From: Octopus sinensis | Lineage: Eukaryota | Length of the DNA stretch: 64,000 bases | Assembly: GCF_006345805.1 (NCBI RefSeq) | Contig: NC_043005.1 | Coordinates: 75,950,001-76,014,000 of the forward strand | Reading direction: 5' to 3' | In this document: one piece after another, positions 25,809 to 39,654 of the stretch | Layout of the letters: every line of letters begins with the position of its first letter | Position numbering within the stretch: position 1 is the stretch's first letter | The notes under the pieces: generated by a model | Seen by the model: only the letters and a program-made list of their open reading frames with translations | The model's database searches: none | Told to the model about the DNA's origin: nothing | Program-made: the position numbers and the translations under genes

Positions 25809-27954
25809 TAATATAATATAAAATAAATGCCCTGATCATACCGGGCAGGGCTCTCATGGCTTCTGATCTTAACTGATTGGAATTGTTACCATGTACATTG
25901 TTTTGTCTTGGTATAAAAAGATGGGCTACAGCAAATATTCTGCTCAATACCACAGATTTGCTTGTCATTTGTTTGACCTTAACCAGTTGAGCATGTCCCT
26001 TAGTGGCTGAAGAATATGTGCATCTCTGATCACGAGCAGAAGTAGTGGGGGAGCATCATAGCCGTGTTGAGAGGGATTCTTGGGTTTTGAATAGTTCACC
26101 TCTGGAAACATGGGTGGTTCTTTCAACATCCTTAAACAACCCTTATTCAGGGACCGTTGAGACGGATGGGCTACTCAATCAACCTGAAGAAAATTCTAAC
26201 TGGGCCCACCTGCAAGGTCATGTGCTGTTTATCTTGATATGAGATCACCATGTCGCGCACATATGTTGTGATGCATGTGCCTGGTGTACCTTTATCAGAC
26301 GGGTATCATGATGGTATATTTGGGCTTCGTATATTTTACCCCAGTGTCACTTTGATGGCATGAACTGCTCTCTCACTCAATAATAATAATAATCCTTTCT
26401 ATATAGGTGCAGGCCTGAATTTTTGGGGAGGGAGCTAGTCGATTACATCGACCCCAGTGCATAAATGTACTGATTTATTGACACCGAAAGGATGAAAGGC
26501 AAAGTTGATCTCAGTAATGGGCAAAATACCAATGACTAAGAGTACACTAGGCATATGCATCACAACCATATTTGCATGACATGGTGATCTCATATCAAGA
26601 TAAACAACACATGACCTTGGACAGTACATAGAATAAACAGTGAATGAATTGCTAAAAAAAGGCTAGTGGGGACATAGGGTGTATTGTTGTGAATTTCAGA
26701 AAGCTTGGAAATTTTGAAGGATGTAGTGTCCCAACAGCTAAAACTGATGTTTAAACTGGCTGGATCTGGTATCTCACACCTATTCTACAATGTCGTTCTA
26801 CAAGTAAGACAATCTCATAATTGAAATCTTTAAGTTAGAAGAAGAAATATGATTAATGATTAATTCATTGCTTTAATTTATTCATATTAAAGCAATGAAT
26901 AAATAAGCCTTACATTTGACAGGTTATTAAGTTAACTATTGACATATCCAGCGAATAAATTGCCTTTTAATTGATTTTTTATAGCTGAATGCCTTTTGCA
27001 TGACTATTCAACTGTTAAATAATTATAAAACACGTTTCACAAGTAGATAGCAAGTATAATTTCATGAGATCGTTGCCAGGGTAACAAGCTGGCCTCCGTG
27101 CCGAAGGCACATTAAAAACACCATTCGAGCATGATCGTTACCTGTGTCGTCTTACTAGCACTTGTGCTGGTGGTTTGTGAAAAAACATTTGAGTGAGGTC
27201 ATTGCCAGTGCCGCTGGACTGGCTCCTGTGCATGTGACATATAAAAAGCACCTTTTGAGTGTGGCCGTTGCCAGTACCGCCTGACTGGCTCTCGTGTCGG
27301 TGGCATGTAAAAGCACCCACTACACTCTCTAAGTGGTTGGCATTAGGAAGAGCATCCAGCTGTAGAAACTCTGCCAGATCAGATTGGAATCTGATGCAGC
27401 CATCTGGTTTGCCAGACCTCAGTCAAATCGTCCAACCCATGCTAGCATGGAAAGCGGATGTTAAACGATGATGATGATGATGTTTACCCAGGGTCAAATG
27501 ACTATAAGAAGGTTTACTGTGAATTCTTGATCATATTTCTCTATATATTATTCTGAGATGAATTGAATTATGTAGTTTATTTTCTAGATTATTTCCTCCT
27601 CCTGTATGTATTGTTTTCGTATTTCACTTGGCATTCTCCTTAGGGGTGCAGGTGTGGCTATGTGGCTGTGTGGCCACATGGCTTAAGATGTTTGCTTTGT
27701 AACCATGTGGTTTCAGGTTCACTCCCATTGTGCAGCACCTTGGGAAAATGTTTTTTTTTTCTACCATAGACCCTAGTCAATCAATGCCTTCTGAATAAAT
27801 TTTGTTGATGGAAACTGTGTGGAAGATTTCATCATCCAGTCCCATTGTTCAACTGGTAGTTATTTCATCAACCCTCAAAGGATGAAAGGCAAAGTCAACC
27901 TCGTTAGCTCAGAGCTTAGAGATAAATGAAATGCTGTTAAGTATTCTATTTGGT

Positions 27955-28163
27955 TTACTCTTTTACTCTTTTACTTGTTTCAGTCATTTGACTGTGGCCA
28001 TGCTGGAGCACCGCCTTTAGTTGAGGAAATCGACCCTAGGACTTATTCTTTGTAAGACTAGTGCTTATTCTATTGGTCTCTTTTGCCGAACTGCTAAGTT
28101 ACAGGGATGTAAACACACCAGCATCGGTTGTCAAATGATGTTGGGGGTACAAACACAGACACA

Positions 28164-28201
<38 letters not shown>

Positions 28202-28400
28202 ACACACACACACACACATACACATATACATATATACAACGGGCTTCTTTCAGTTTCCTTCTACCAAATCCACTCACAAGGCTTTGGTTAGCGCCCGAGG
28301 CTATAGTAGAAAACACTTACCCAAGGTGCCATGCGGTGGGACTGAACCCAGAACCATGTGGTTGGTAAGCAAGTTACTTACCACACAGCCACTCCTGCAC
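27955..28400 (-). mobile_element. SINE family A in CIB intron 5
   Basis: Reverse complement head and tail. Confidence 0.85.
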
Positions 28401-28681
28401 CCATAATCATTTGCTAACCTTAAATAACTGAAAGGAATATATGTTTTCAATTTTTATGAGACTTCCTGGGGTATTTTGTTAACAAGGAGCCTCAAAGCGG
28501 TATATAGGAACTCTAAGACTGAAGGTGGAAGGTGAGGAATTAACCACGAACCAGAGAACCTAGTCTGAATTCTTCCAATGAAGTAGGCTTTTCTGAAAAC
28601 TCCCTACTAAACAGTGCAGGTTTGTAAAAAGAAGTAAAGAAAATTATGTTTAAAGAAATCCTCTCTTGTAATTAAACTCAC

Positions 28682-28788
28682 TTTATTTACTATGATTTCT
28701 CTTTCCTTCTCTGTTAATTCGTTGCGAGTCAGACATTCCAGGGTTTTGTCCAAATCTGTTTTTCCAAGAGATTTATCATTGTCATAAT
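28682..28788 (-). CDS. CIB2: CIB2/3-like exon 5 (EF3: DYDNDKSLGKTD..., to IIVNK)
   Basis: ttttccttccag acceptor, 107 nt, donor AAA|gtgagt, EF-hand loop. Confidence 0.95.
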
Positions 28789-29075
28789 CTGGAAGGAAAA
28801 TATTCCATAATGACAAAAACCATACAAACACACACACCACACACACACACATATGCATGCACACATACACACACACACACATGCATGCATGCACACACAC
28901 ACACACACATGAATACACACATGCACAGGCACACACGCATGCACACACATGCACACATGCGTGCATGTGCACATAGGTGCGCTCACACACATACATGCAC
29001 ACATGGACACATGCACACACACACATTTGCATGCACACACACACACACATGAATACACAGAGACACAGACACACA

Positions 29076-29116
<41 letters not shown>

Positions 29117-29360
29117 ACACAGACACAGACACATGCACACACACACGCATACAAGTCCATACACACAAACAAACATTAGGAGGGGAATTGTCTACAGGCA
29201 GTGAATTAACAATAGACAATGAATCAGCCGAGTTTTTGCTGGCTGGAACGGATTAATTATATTTTAGTTAATTTCAATGGGAAAAATTGATTTGTAAAAC
29301 GAGTAAATCATAAAACAAGCTCGGTCATGTAACGAATTAAACTCATACTGCGAGATATCC

Positions 29361-29410
<50 letters not shown>

Positions 29411-29501
29411 GTATGTATGTATGAGTGTATGTATGTATGTATGTATGTATGTATGTATGTATGTATGTATGTATGTATGTATGTATGTATAAGATTTGCG
29501 A

Positions 29502-29551
<50 letters not shown>

Positions 29552-29636
29552 CACATATATCTCAAATCTTCAATATTTTGTAATCTACTAACAATGCCAG
29601 GCTTTCCAAGAAGTAAAAGTAAAGTCTTAAATATAC

Positions 29637-29784
29637 CATATATCTTAAAAGCGTAGGATGCTTTTAGTTCCCTTGGCGCCGAGTCTGAGAAAATAGAAAA
29701 CATATCGAGGAATTCATCAAAAGTTAAATTTCCTGAATTGTCTGCTGAAAACACTTGGAAAATTCTTTGATGAAATGGATTCTC
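29637..29784 (-). CDS. CIB2: CIB2/3-like exon 4 ([50 protein letters not shown])
   Basis: ttgcag acceptor, 148 nt, donor G|gtatat. Near-diagnostic [24 protein letters not shown]. Confidence 0.97.
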
Positions 29785-30289
29785 CTGCAAGGAAAAGTAA
29801 GATAGTAATAATAAGAAAATTAGAATGAAGACGATGAGAATGATGATGATGACAATGACGATGACAATGATGACGGCAATGATGGTGATGATGGCGATGA
29901 TGATGATGAGAATGGGTTTAATGACAACGTTGATAACGAAGATGATGACAATGTTGATGATGATGATAGAGCCAATGACAATTTTTCTATGTAGTCTAAC
30001 TCCAATAAGCTTAGAATTTGTAAGATCATTAAAATGTCTTAAAACTCAAAACTCCAATGTAGTTTTCTCTGACAAATATACAAATGTGTGTGTGTGCGTG
30101 TGTGTGTGTGTTTGTCTGGGTGTGTGTGTTTGTGTGTGTGTATGTGTGTATTATATATATATAAATATAAACACATATAGATACATATATATAGATACAT
30201 CGTGAGGATCTATGCTAGATGTGTCGAATCAATTATCGTGATTAATAATAAATTCTCATATATTCCATTTTCCTTTTTTCATTTACCAC

Positions 30290-30328
30290 AATATATATAT
30301 TGTATATATATAATAATTATATATATAT

Positions 30329-30375
<47 letters not shown>

Positions 30376-30380
30376 CATAC

Positions 30381-30421
<41 letters not shown>

Positions 30422-30447
30422 ATATAATATTATATATATATACATAC

Positions 30448-30482
<35 letters not shown>

Positions 30483-30634
30483 ATATATATATATGTATCA
30501 TACATTATATATATATATACATATATATAATATATATGTATACATACATATATATATATATATACATATATATACATATATATATATTATGTATACATAC
30601 ATATATATATATATACATATATATATAGATATAC

Positions 30635-30666
<32 letters not shown>

Positions 30667-31367
30667 TATATATACCTACATATATATATATAACATATTA
30701 TATATTAATATATAATATGTATGTATGTATGTATGTATTGTATGTATGCATGCATGCATGTATGGTATGTATGTATGTATGTATATGTATGTATGTATGT
30801 TTACATGTATGTATGTATTGTATGTATGTTGTATGTATGCATGTATGCATGTATGTATGTATGTATGTATGTATGTATGCATGCATGTATGTATGTATGT
30901 TTGTGTATGTTGTATGTATGTATGCATGCATGCATGTATGTATGCATGCATGCATGTATGTATGTATGTATGTATGTATGTATGTATGTATGTATGCATG
31001 CATGTATGTATGTATGTTTGTGTATGTATGTATGTATGTATGTATGTATTATGTATGCATGTATGTATGCATGCATGCATGTATGTATGTATGTATGTAT
31101 GCATGCATGCATGTATGTATGTATGTTTGTGTATGTATGTATGTATGTATGTATGCATGCATGCATGTATGTATGCATGCATGCATGTATGTATGTATGT
31201 ATGTATGTATGCATGCATGTATGTATGTATGTTTGTTATGTATGTATGTATGTATGTATGTATGTATGTATGTATGTATGTATGTACGTACGTACGTATG
31301 TATGTATGTATGTATGTATGTATGTATGTATGTATGTATGTATGTATGTATGTATATGTATGTATGT

Positions 31368-31425
<58 letters not shown>
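30290..31425. repeat. (TA)n and (ATGT/ATGC)n array in CIB intron 3
   Basis: Seen directly. Confidence 0.97.
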
Positions 31426-31428
<3 letters not shown>

Positions 31429-31577
31429 AATCAAAGCAGGAGATTGGGAAAATGTTTTGGTATTATTTACTCACCATTAGACGTGTTTTGTTTGCTAATA
31501 AGAGTTGCAAAAATTGTACATGTCGGAGAAACATGTCATATGTTAGAAATTCTTCAGACAGAATCAAATAATGTGTA

Positions 31578-31644
<67 letters not shown>

Positions 31645-31836
31645 AAGAAAGAAAGAGAGGGAGAGAGAAAAAGCGAGAGAGACAGACAGACAGAAAAACT
31701 GAGGAAGTTATAATGACAAAATCTAATTATAGTTACGTAATACTGTCAATTATATCGGGAATTATGAATATCGTATTTGTGAAAATTTAGTCTGAGATGA
31801 GATATATCATTTATGAAATATAAACAAATTACAAAC

Positions 31837-31954
31837 TTTGAACTCAGGCAGCTTTTCCAATAATTGAAGAGGAATTTTTAAACCGGTAGCATCTTTAGTG
31901 GTCATTTTCATTGGAATGGTATCTGGAGAAAGTTCTTTAAAACGTCCAAATACC
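31837..31954 (-). CDS. CIB2: CIB2/3-like exon 3 (VFGRFKELSPDTIPMKMTTKDATGLKIPLQLLEKLPEFK)
   Basis: Pyrimidine tract + tag acceptor, 118 nt in frame with its neighbours, donor AAA|gtttgt. The RFxEL and PE(L/F)K motifs match CIB. Confidence 0.9.
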
Positions 31955-31999
31955 CTAAAATATGAAGAAGAAACTGTTATAAACATATGCAGACATACT

Positions 32000-33050
32000 C
32001 TCGAGTAATTTTCAGTATTGAAAGTTTACCAATGTCTGAGTGTGGATGTATTTGATAATTATAAATACAGTTTTATGTATAATAGTGTTTTAAGTATTGT
32101 GTCTCATAGTTAGGAATTTCTCATAAATATGCTAACTACAGAAGTTATCAAAAGCGCTATTTAATACTACAGATTAAATTACTTTTTCAAAACGAGATAA
32201 GTGTTGCTGGACAAGTGTTGAATTGCATTTCTAATGCTGGGAATATATACCCATGTTGATAAAATCTAATTTTAAATTGATCTGCTGTTAATAATATATA
32301 ATGTATTCCATTCTGATTAAATTTAGATATGTCTATGGCTGCATAGACAGCTGAACTTTACTAGTGACTAGACAAACGGTTGGTAAATGGCAATAATATT
32401 TTGAGGTGTTAATGTTATTTTTGATAATCTGTGTCCAAATTATTCGCTGTTTTTTAAAATTATTTATCAAGTATGATTCTGGGTAACGTTTCATTTTGAA
32501 TGAATTTATATTGAAGATTTTTCTGTATTTAACTTTAGGAAGAAGTGCAATTATAGCAAATATCGTTCCAGTATTGATCTGAATAAAATGGATTAAACCA
32601 CATGATCTTTCTTTTGCATATTTTCTAATAGAGCTGTGTGTGTTCGAGATATTTGAGGATATCTTTAAAATGCTAGTTGATAGAATATCATTGTACAGGC
32701 TTGTTATTCTATTGAATGAGGCTACATCATAATAGATTATTATACTGAAATTTGTGAGTAGGTTTCCAATAATCTAAGAGGGGTGACTGGAGTTATGGCC
32801 CATATACTGAATAATTTGGTGTCTGGTTGAAATTGTTTGCCATAAAAATTATATGCTGTGTCTGGATAATTCACTATTTTGAGGTTGATATTTATGGTAA
32901 TTTTAAAGTTGCTAACGTCTCAAAGAGACAATCAGCATCTGGGTTTGAGTACATATGTTGACCAATTGAGATAAAATATGGCGGATATCTCTTTTGCCAA
33001 TCCACGCCAGCAGCAAAAAGTGACACAAGTAGCAAATGACTTTAAAGATT
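32000..33050 (-). mobile_element. Decayed Penelope-like element (RT thumb + GIY-YIG)
   Basis: Manual translation: FKITININLKIVNYPD, SSHP.II.NL, VYAAI...YILLTADQFKIRFYQH. Many stops. Confidence 0.65.
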
Positions 33051-33561
33051 GTAATCATGTATTTGTTGAAAACATTCTGGAATCTACTACAACTACGGTC
33101 ATATGTAGTCGTTCGTCGGTCACCAAAGCATTTCTCATAAAATAAATGTCAGAGTCAAATAGTCAGTATTTAATGAATCCTTAATAATCATTATCTTATT
33201 TGCTGAACGTCACACTGCAGTATTAATGACAAATATTTTTTCTGGTAGTGCTTTACATGTTTTTCAGTAAATGAATTCAGCTATCATTGGTTAACTTAGT
33301 ATTGCCTCATTTAATACAGAAAGCTTTAAATGACTCATTAGAAAAAGTTATGTGGTGAAGAAAAGACAATACTACAATACTAGTCAATGACTAATGTTAC
33401 TTTAAATATTACGGCAAGTATATCAAATAATTTTGATCATGTTTCAGTCTTATGAAATCTCCTCAACAAAGATTAGATTCTGTGTATATATGCGTATGTG
33501 TATATGTGTGTGCATTTTTGCAATGTCATAATTATATTTCATGTTAGACTGTAGTACTTAC

Positions 33562-33596
33562 CTTAAAATATCTTTTCTGTTGAAAAATGTGCAATC
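33562..33596 (-). CDS. CIB2: CIB2/3-like exon 2 (DCTFFNRKDILR)
   Basis: ttag|GAT...AAG|gtaagt, 35 nt, the conserved CIB exon-2 size and DCTFF motif. Confidence 0.95.
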
Positions 33597-34329
33597 CTAA
33601 GAGAAAAGAGGTAAAAAAATTAACAAAGAATTAAATTTAGAATAAATAAGAACATATTCAGATACAATATGTTTTACTAATGTTATGTTTTATATGATTA
33701 GGAACAAGGTAGATATTTGTAGTAGAATTGGTTATCGTTGACAGAACCAACTGTAGTTTATTTTGGTACTTATTTCATTGGTCCTTACTGGGTTGAACTC
33801 GAAATCTAGAGGGATAAAATTGAATATTGTAATTCAAGTTAACGTTATTCTACAGTTTAGTTAGAGGAGGAAGGGCAGCTGCCGTAGTTTGTAAGAGAAA
33901 TGGAAAAAAACCCCCACTGCTAATGAGGTTATTATCACACTAGAGACCTGCACCAAATGCTGGTCCACCACCGTCAAGGGATTTTGGCCCCAGAATTTAG
34001 TCTGGTACATATTTTATCAATCTTTATTAGTTGAATGAGGCTACCTGTTGACCCTAGTCGAACTATTTGGTTTGTTATTCCATACGGCAGACAAATTAAA
34101 AGTAACCTTCCTTACCTGTTTCCTGAAGCCATCGAAAGGAACTTTCACAAAAACTCGAGGTACCACTCCATCTCAACTCATATCGTATGAGAATTTGTTT
34201 CTATAACACTAATAACCTCCTGCAAATTATTTCTTCACATAACAACTACATTCTTAACGGTAAAAGGGTTTCGCTCAATAAATATAATAACAATAATATC
34301 AATAATGATAATCACTCTTTAAATAATAA

Positions 34330-34760
34330 TAAAATCAATCAATAGTAGTATTAATTGTAATTGTGGTGTGAATAAAACTTGCGTTCTCAACGGAAATTGT
34401 AAAATTGAAAATGTTGTTTGTGAATGCAAAGTTTCTTCAGGAACTAAAGAATTTTTATATGTTGGACTTTCTTCCACGGAATTAAAAAGACGCGAAGCCA
34501 ATCATCTGTCAGCATTTAAGTATATCAATAAATGTAATACAACAGGTCTTAGTTAACAATTTGGCATCTCAAAGGCTGTAATAAGCAATTTTCTTTGGAC
34601 TGGAAAATTTTGTCAAGATCGTTCCCTTATGATAAATGCAAACAACTATTTACCTTTTTTTTCCAAACGTATATTTGCCAACACCTATAAAGAACGTGTT
34701 TATAGGTGTTTACATTGGAAAAACACACACTTTCAGCTATTTCTAATTGTTTGCCTCCTT
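34330..34760 (+). mobile_element. Penelope-like GIY-YIG endonuclease fragment
   Basis: CVLNGNC...VVCEC...LYVGLSSTELKRREANH...WHLK...WKIL. Confidence 0.8.
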
Positions 34761-35355
34761 TGCCTAATAATATCTGTAACTTTAACTTTATCCTTTTCAT
34801 CCCATACATCCCATTCTTTCCTTTATCATTTCTATCCATTTGTCATTCACATTCTATTTGTCTAATCCTCCATTACTCCTTGAATTTTCTTTCTCTCTTC
34901 CTTCTTTTCTTCTCTCGTCCTATGAGGTCAAATTCTTAACGGTATTTTAAAATTACTAGCGTTTTCTATCCACCTTTTGTTTTTACATATATTATATATT
35001 ATATAACATAATTTCTTACATCTCTAAAAATGGCTTATTATTGAACACTGTTATTTATAATCTCCTCCCTGATAGACTGATGCATTATTTCACATTATTT
35101 TCCCCCTCTCGGATTAATTTTAATGTATCCATGGAAACATATGTCGGCGATATAAATGATTTAAATAATATCTTGTGCGTTTGTCTCCATTTTCCATTTT
35201 TCTTATGTTCTCCAAATCACGTCTCACTTCTCCTTGGAATTATTACCCATGTATGTGTGGTTACTAATATCTTAATGTGCTTATGTGACATTTGGCTACC
35301 CTGGTAACTATTTTCCCGGATCTTGCCTTGAAAATTAAACACCTCTCCACACACT

Positions 35356-36180
35356 CGAGGTTTGATTAATAAATATCCAGACTGTTGCCATTGTAACGAA
35401 ACTAAAGTACGCAGAGTAAAGCCGCTTGGCACAGATTGACCTTGAACTTTACTGTGCATGCGCACTAAGTTTTAACGTTTTAGTTCATTTCCTGCCATTT
35501 ACAGCAGTGCTTGGAATGAACGTGTATAGCGTGTGATCGTTGCATTGACCATGACAGAGAAAGTTGTCACGGCGATACCTGCTCAGAGGCCTATGCAGTG
35601 TTGCAGAAAGTGTATGGAGAGGAATGTATGAGCCGCACACATGTGTACGAATGGTTCAGATGTTTCCAAGACGGCCGAAAAAATGTCGATATTGACGAAC
35701 GTTCTGAGAGACCAGCAACAAGCAGAACTGAGAAAAGCATCGCAGATGTGCATGAAGTTGTGAGGGGAAATCGTCGAATCACCATCCGTGAGTTATCAGA
35801 GGATGTGCAGATAAGTTACGGTTCAGTTCAGCCCATTATCATTGAAGATTTGAGTATGAGACTGTGCCAAAACTGCTTCCAGCAGACCAAAAAGACACTC
35901 AGGTTACAGTTGCACAAGATCTTGATTGTGTCGAGAATGATGAAAATTTTCTAAAAACTTTGCATAGGCCTCTGAACAGGTATAGCCAAGCTTTTCGCAA
36001 AATTTGATGCAGATTCTCTGCTCACCTTTCTCTGTCATGATTAATGCGACGATCATACGCTACACACCTTCATTCCAAGCACTGCTGTAAACAGCAGAAA
36101 TGAGTTAGAACGTTAAAACGTACAGTAGAGTTCAAGGTCAATCTATGGCAACAGTCCGGATACTTATTGATCAGACCACG
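35356..36180. mobile_element. Mariner derivative made of two convergent 5' halves
   Basis: Left arm plus HTH ORF (35598-35954). The right arm (~35958-36180) is an inverted 5' end encoding MTEKGEQRICIKFCEKLG. Confidence 0.85.
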
Positions 36181-36534
36181 AATATATTTGTAAAAATCTG
36201 AAGGCAACAGGTGTACACTCATTTCGTTGTATTGTATGAAGATCTCCCAACCAAACTGAACTGAGTGCATACCCGATGCAGTCCTCAACATGATCCATTT
36301 AAAATATTCATAGTACGATTGAGTTCGTGGTCAGCATTGTTATGTATGTACATGCGCGCGCACACACACACACATGGCAGTCTTCAACACCATTTTCAGA
36401 TACCGATTTTAATTCACAAGGTAATAGTCAATCTGCGACTATAACAGAAGGCAATAGCCTCTGGTACCGTGCAATCAAATTCACAACCGCTCCACAGTAA
36501 AACGATCTTCCTAGCCATATAGCCTTGTCTGTAA

Positions 36535-36768
36535 CCTATTTCTTTACTACCCACAAGGGGCTAAACACAGAGGAGACAAACAACGACAGGCAGACGGATT
36601 AAGTTGGTTATATCGACCCCAGTGCGTAACTGGTACTTAATTTATCGACCCCGAAAGGATGAAAGGCAAAGTCGACCTCGGCAGAATTTGAACTCAGAAC
36701 GTAACGACAGACGAAATACCACTAAGCATTTCGCCCGACGTGCTAACGATTCTGCCAGCTCGCCACCT
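36535..36768 (-). mobile_element. SINE family B monomer
   Basis: Head ggtggcgagctggcagaatcgttagcacg. The flanks are an imperfect duplication (ccttgtctg..cctattt). Confidence 0.85.
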
Positions 36769-37204
36769 TCCTTGTCTGGAAACCTATTTCCTACAAATGC
36801 TTTGCAGAATACATAACAAAGCAAAATAAAATGACAGATTTCAAGCGTCATAAACCAATAATCTTAATAGAAGTGGAATTGGAGACGTGCTATAAAAAAT
36901 GTTATAAAATCTGCATATTTGTCTGGCGAGACAATTTCTTTGTTAATAAACACTTGCTGGAAAGAAAGAGTTAAATTCTTACAACGACGCTGAAATCAAT
37001 AGAATTTTTTGTCTTCTGTCTACTTGTAAGAAGATATCGTGTCATATTTCTCCGATTCATCAATTCATAAGTTATTAGTTGGATTGCATCACCATATACT
37101 AACGCTCATGTATACGCATACTTACACGCTTACATATATGCTCACATAGACACACACAAATATATATAAGTATCGGAGTGTGTATACATACATACATACA
37201 TACA

Positions 37205-37268
<64 letters not shown>

Positions 37269-37377
37269 CATATACGCATAGATGCATGCATATATATACA
37301 TACATACATGCATACATACATACATACATACATGCATATATACATACATCATACATACATACATATGTACATATATA

Positions 37378-38129
37378 CTAGATGTACCCACCGTGACCCG
37401 TTGGGTCACCACTCCAGTTTGAAAATGTCGATGCGCGGCGGGTAAGGTAAAAAATACTATTTCGAACTTCATATAATAAAATTCTTAAGTAACACAGTTC
37501 TTCTGCCTTTGGTATAACAACATAACATTACCAAGTGTTTCTTCTTTAAAAACCTTCAAAGGGCCTTCAACCTTTTTTCCTCGCTTTCATCTTTGCCGAT
37601 TTTTGTTACTTACTGTTCCAAGTGAAATACATGGGTACCTCAGAATAAAGTAATGTTTTTGAAAAGTCATTATTGATGCACAATAAAAATAATTCTTATT
37701 TCTTTATTGCCCACAAGGGGCTAAACTTAGAGGGGACAAACAAGGACACACAAAGGGATTAAGTCGATTACATCGACCCCAGTGCGTAACTGGTACTTAT
37801 TTAATTGACCTCAAAAGGATGAAAGGCAAAGTCGATCTCGGTGGAACTTGAAATCAGAACGTAACGGCAGACGAAATACCGATAAGCATTTTGCCCGGCG
37901 TGATAACGTTTCTGCCAGCTCATCGCCTTAAACAATAAAAAAAAAAATAAAATAAAAAGAATTCTGTCAATATTGTTCTCATATGTCGTTCATTGATAGC
38001 CATATACATCCTCATCATTTCTGAGCAATATTCTTTGTTCATCTGGTAGATGAACTTGCAGTCTCACTATAGCAAGTGCTCTTTCATGAATTGAAAATCG
38101 TAATATGGAAGCAACTGCTTCGGATGGTC

Positions 38130-38179
<50 letters not shown>

Positions 38180-38710
38180 TAATAATAATAATAATAATAT
38201 ATAATTGTGTACAGTGCTCAGGTGCACTACAACTCATCTAAAGTGTATATATATCAGGTGTAGTTTCGGCGGCGATTTCGGAAAGCATGAGGGCCTTAAG
38301 GATGCAGTGTCCATGGCAGTCAACAACTGACGCAGGCAGTTTTTTCCATTCTTCAGCAACTCTGAGCGTGAAAAAATGTTTCCGAAAGTCATGGGAGCTG
38401 TGTTGTTTTCTGACTTTGTAGGCATGTCACGTGTGTTAGTAATATACCTACTCATTTGATATTGACTAATTTCGTTATCATTGTTTATTCGAATAGCAGC
38501 TTGGTCATTTCCTTTCAGCGTGTATTTCATGACGTACTTAATTTACCTCACTGAGGCAACGATTTCAACGTTGCAGTGGCATTTGAATGCTCTTAAAAGA
38601 ATTTCATTATAAGGTACAAACCATTTGTTGTTGTTTGTGCTCCCATTCTTATGAGATTCAACTCTTGCCATTACAACTGATTTTTGTCTATAAAGAGACA
38701 GTCTCTCTGT
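37378..38710 (-). mobile_element. Internally deleted Helitron with nested SINE B and non-LTR fragment
   Basis: Rep motifs KWFVPYN..FKCHCNVE..KY..KG.D..NEI..Y...RYI, PSEA..IHER..VRLQVHLP and LLYSEVP.YFTW. 3' hairpin GTGACCC-aac-GGGTCAC 11 nt before CTAG|T. Confidence 0.88.
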
Positions 38711-38796
38711 TTTTCTGCCTTTTGATTAAGATGATAAAGATCAAAATTTTATTTTAAATAGAACAGTAATTTTCTCCTTTAAGTACCCGTGATACT

Positions 38797-39006
38797 CTAC
38801 TCTTTTACTTGTTTCAGTCATTTGACTGTGGCCATGCTGGAGCACCGCCTTAAGTCGAGCAAATCGACCCCAGGACTTATTCTTTGTAAGCCCAGTACTT
38901 ATTCTATCGGTCTCTTTTGCCGAACTGTTAAGTGACGAAGACGTAAGCACACCAGCATCGGTTGGCAAGTGATGTTGGGGGGACAAACACAGACACACAA
39001 ACATAT

Positions 39007-39057
<51 letters not shown>

Positions 39058-39222
39058 TACGACGGGCTTCTTTCAGTTTCCATCTACCAAATCCACTCAC
39101 AAGGCTTTGGTCGGCCCGAGGCAATAGTAGAAGACACTTGCCCAAGGTGCCACGCAGTGGGACTGAACCCGGAACCATGTGGTTGGTAAGCAAGCTACTT
39201 ACCACACAGCCACTCCTACGCC
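38797..39222 (-). mobile_element. SINE family A
   Basis: Near-consensus copy with CpGs retained. Confidence 0.88.
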
Positions 39223-39654
39223 TATTCAAAAATATCTCATAAAAATAAAGGGAGAATTTTTCTTTCAGTTCACGGCACTCGAAAATTGTATAAATGATTA
39301 AAGGAAGAAAAAAAAAGAAAGAAAAGCAAAAAAGGACGGTCGGTGGTAGCTCCGACGACTTTTTGAAGTGTCGACATTTTCAACTTGACTATTTTTCTTA
39401 AAGTAGGAAAAGACTATTTTACTTGTAATCTTTATTATCTTAATAACAGACAAACTTTGTGTTTTACATAACACACATACACGCACATACACTCACCCGT
39501 ATGTGTGTGTGTGCGCGCGCATAAAACGAATAGATTCCTGGATTCTAAGCTAGGATTCGAAACCGAATCTACGTTTTTCTAAAGTTCCTTTCCTATTGTT
39601 CTCGACTTCTGCACTTAGAAAATATGAGTGTCAACTGTCATACTTAGTTAAGTT

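Noticed and set aside
34116-34185. Minus-strand CAG|gtaag donor first considered as CIB exon 1
   Set aside because: In-frame stop and no MGN start. The true exon 1 is at 48743-48793.
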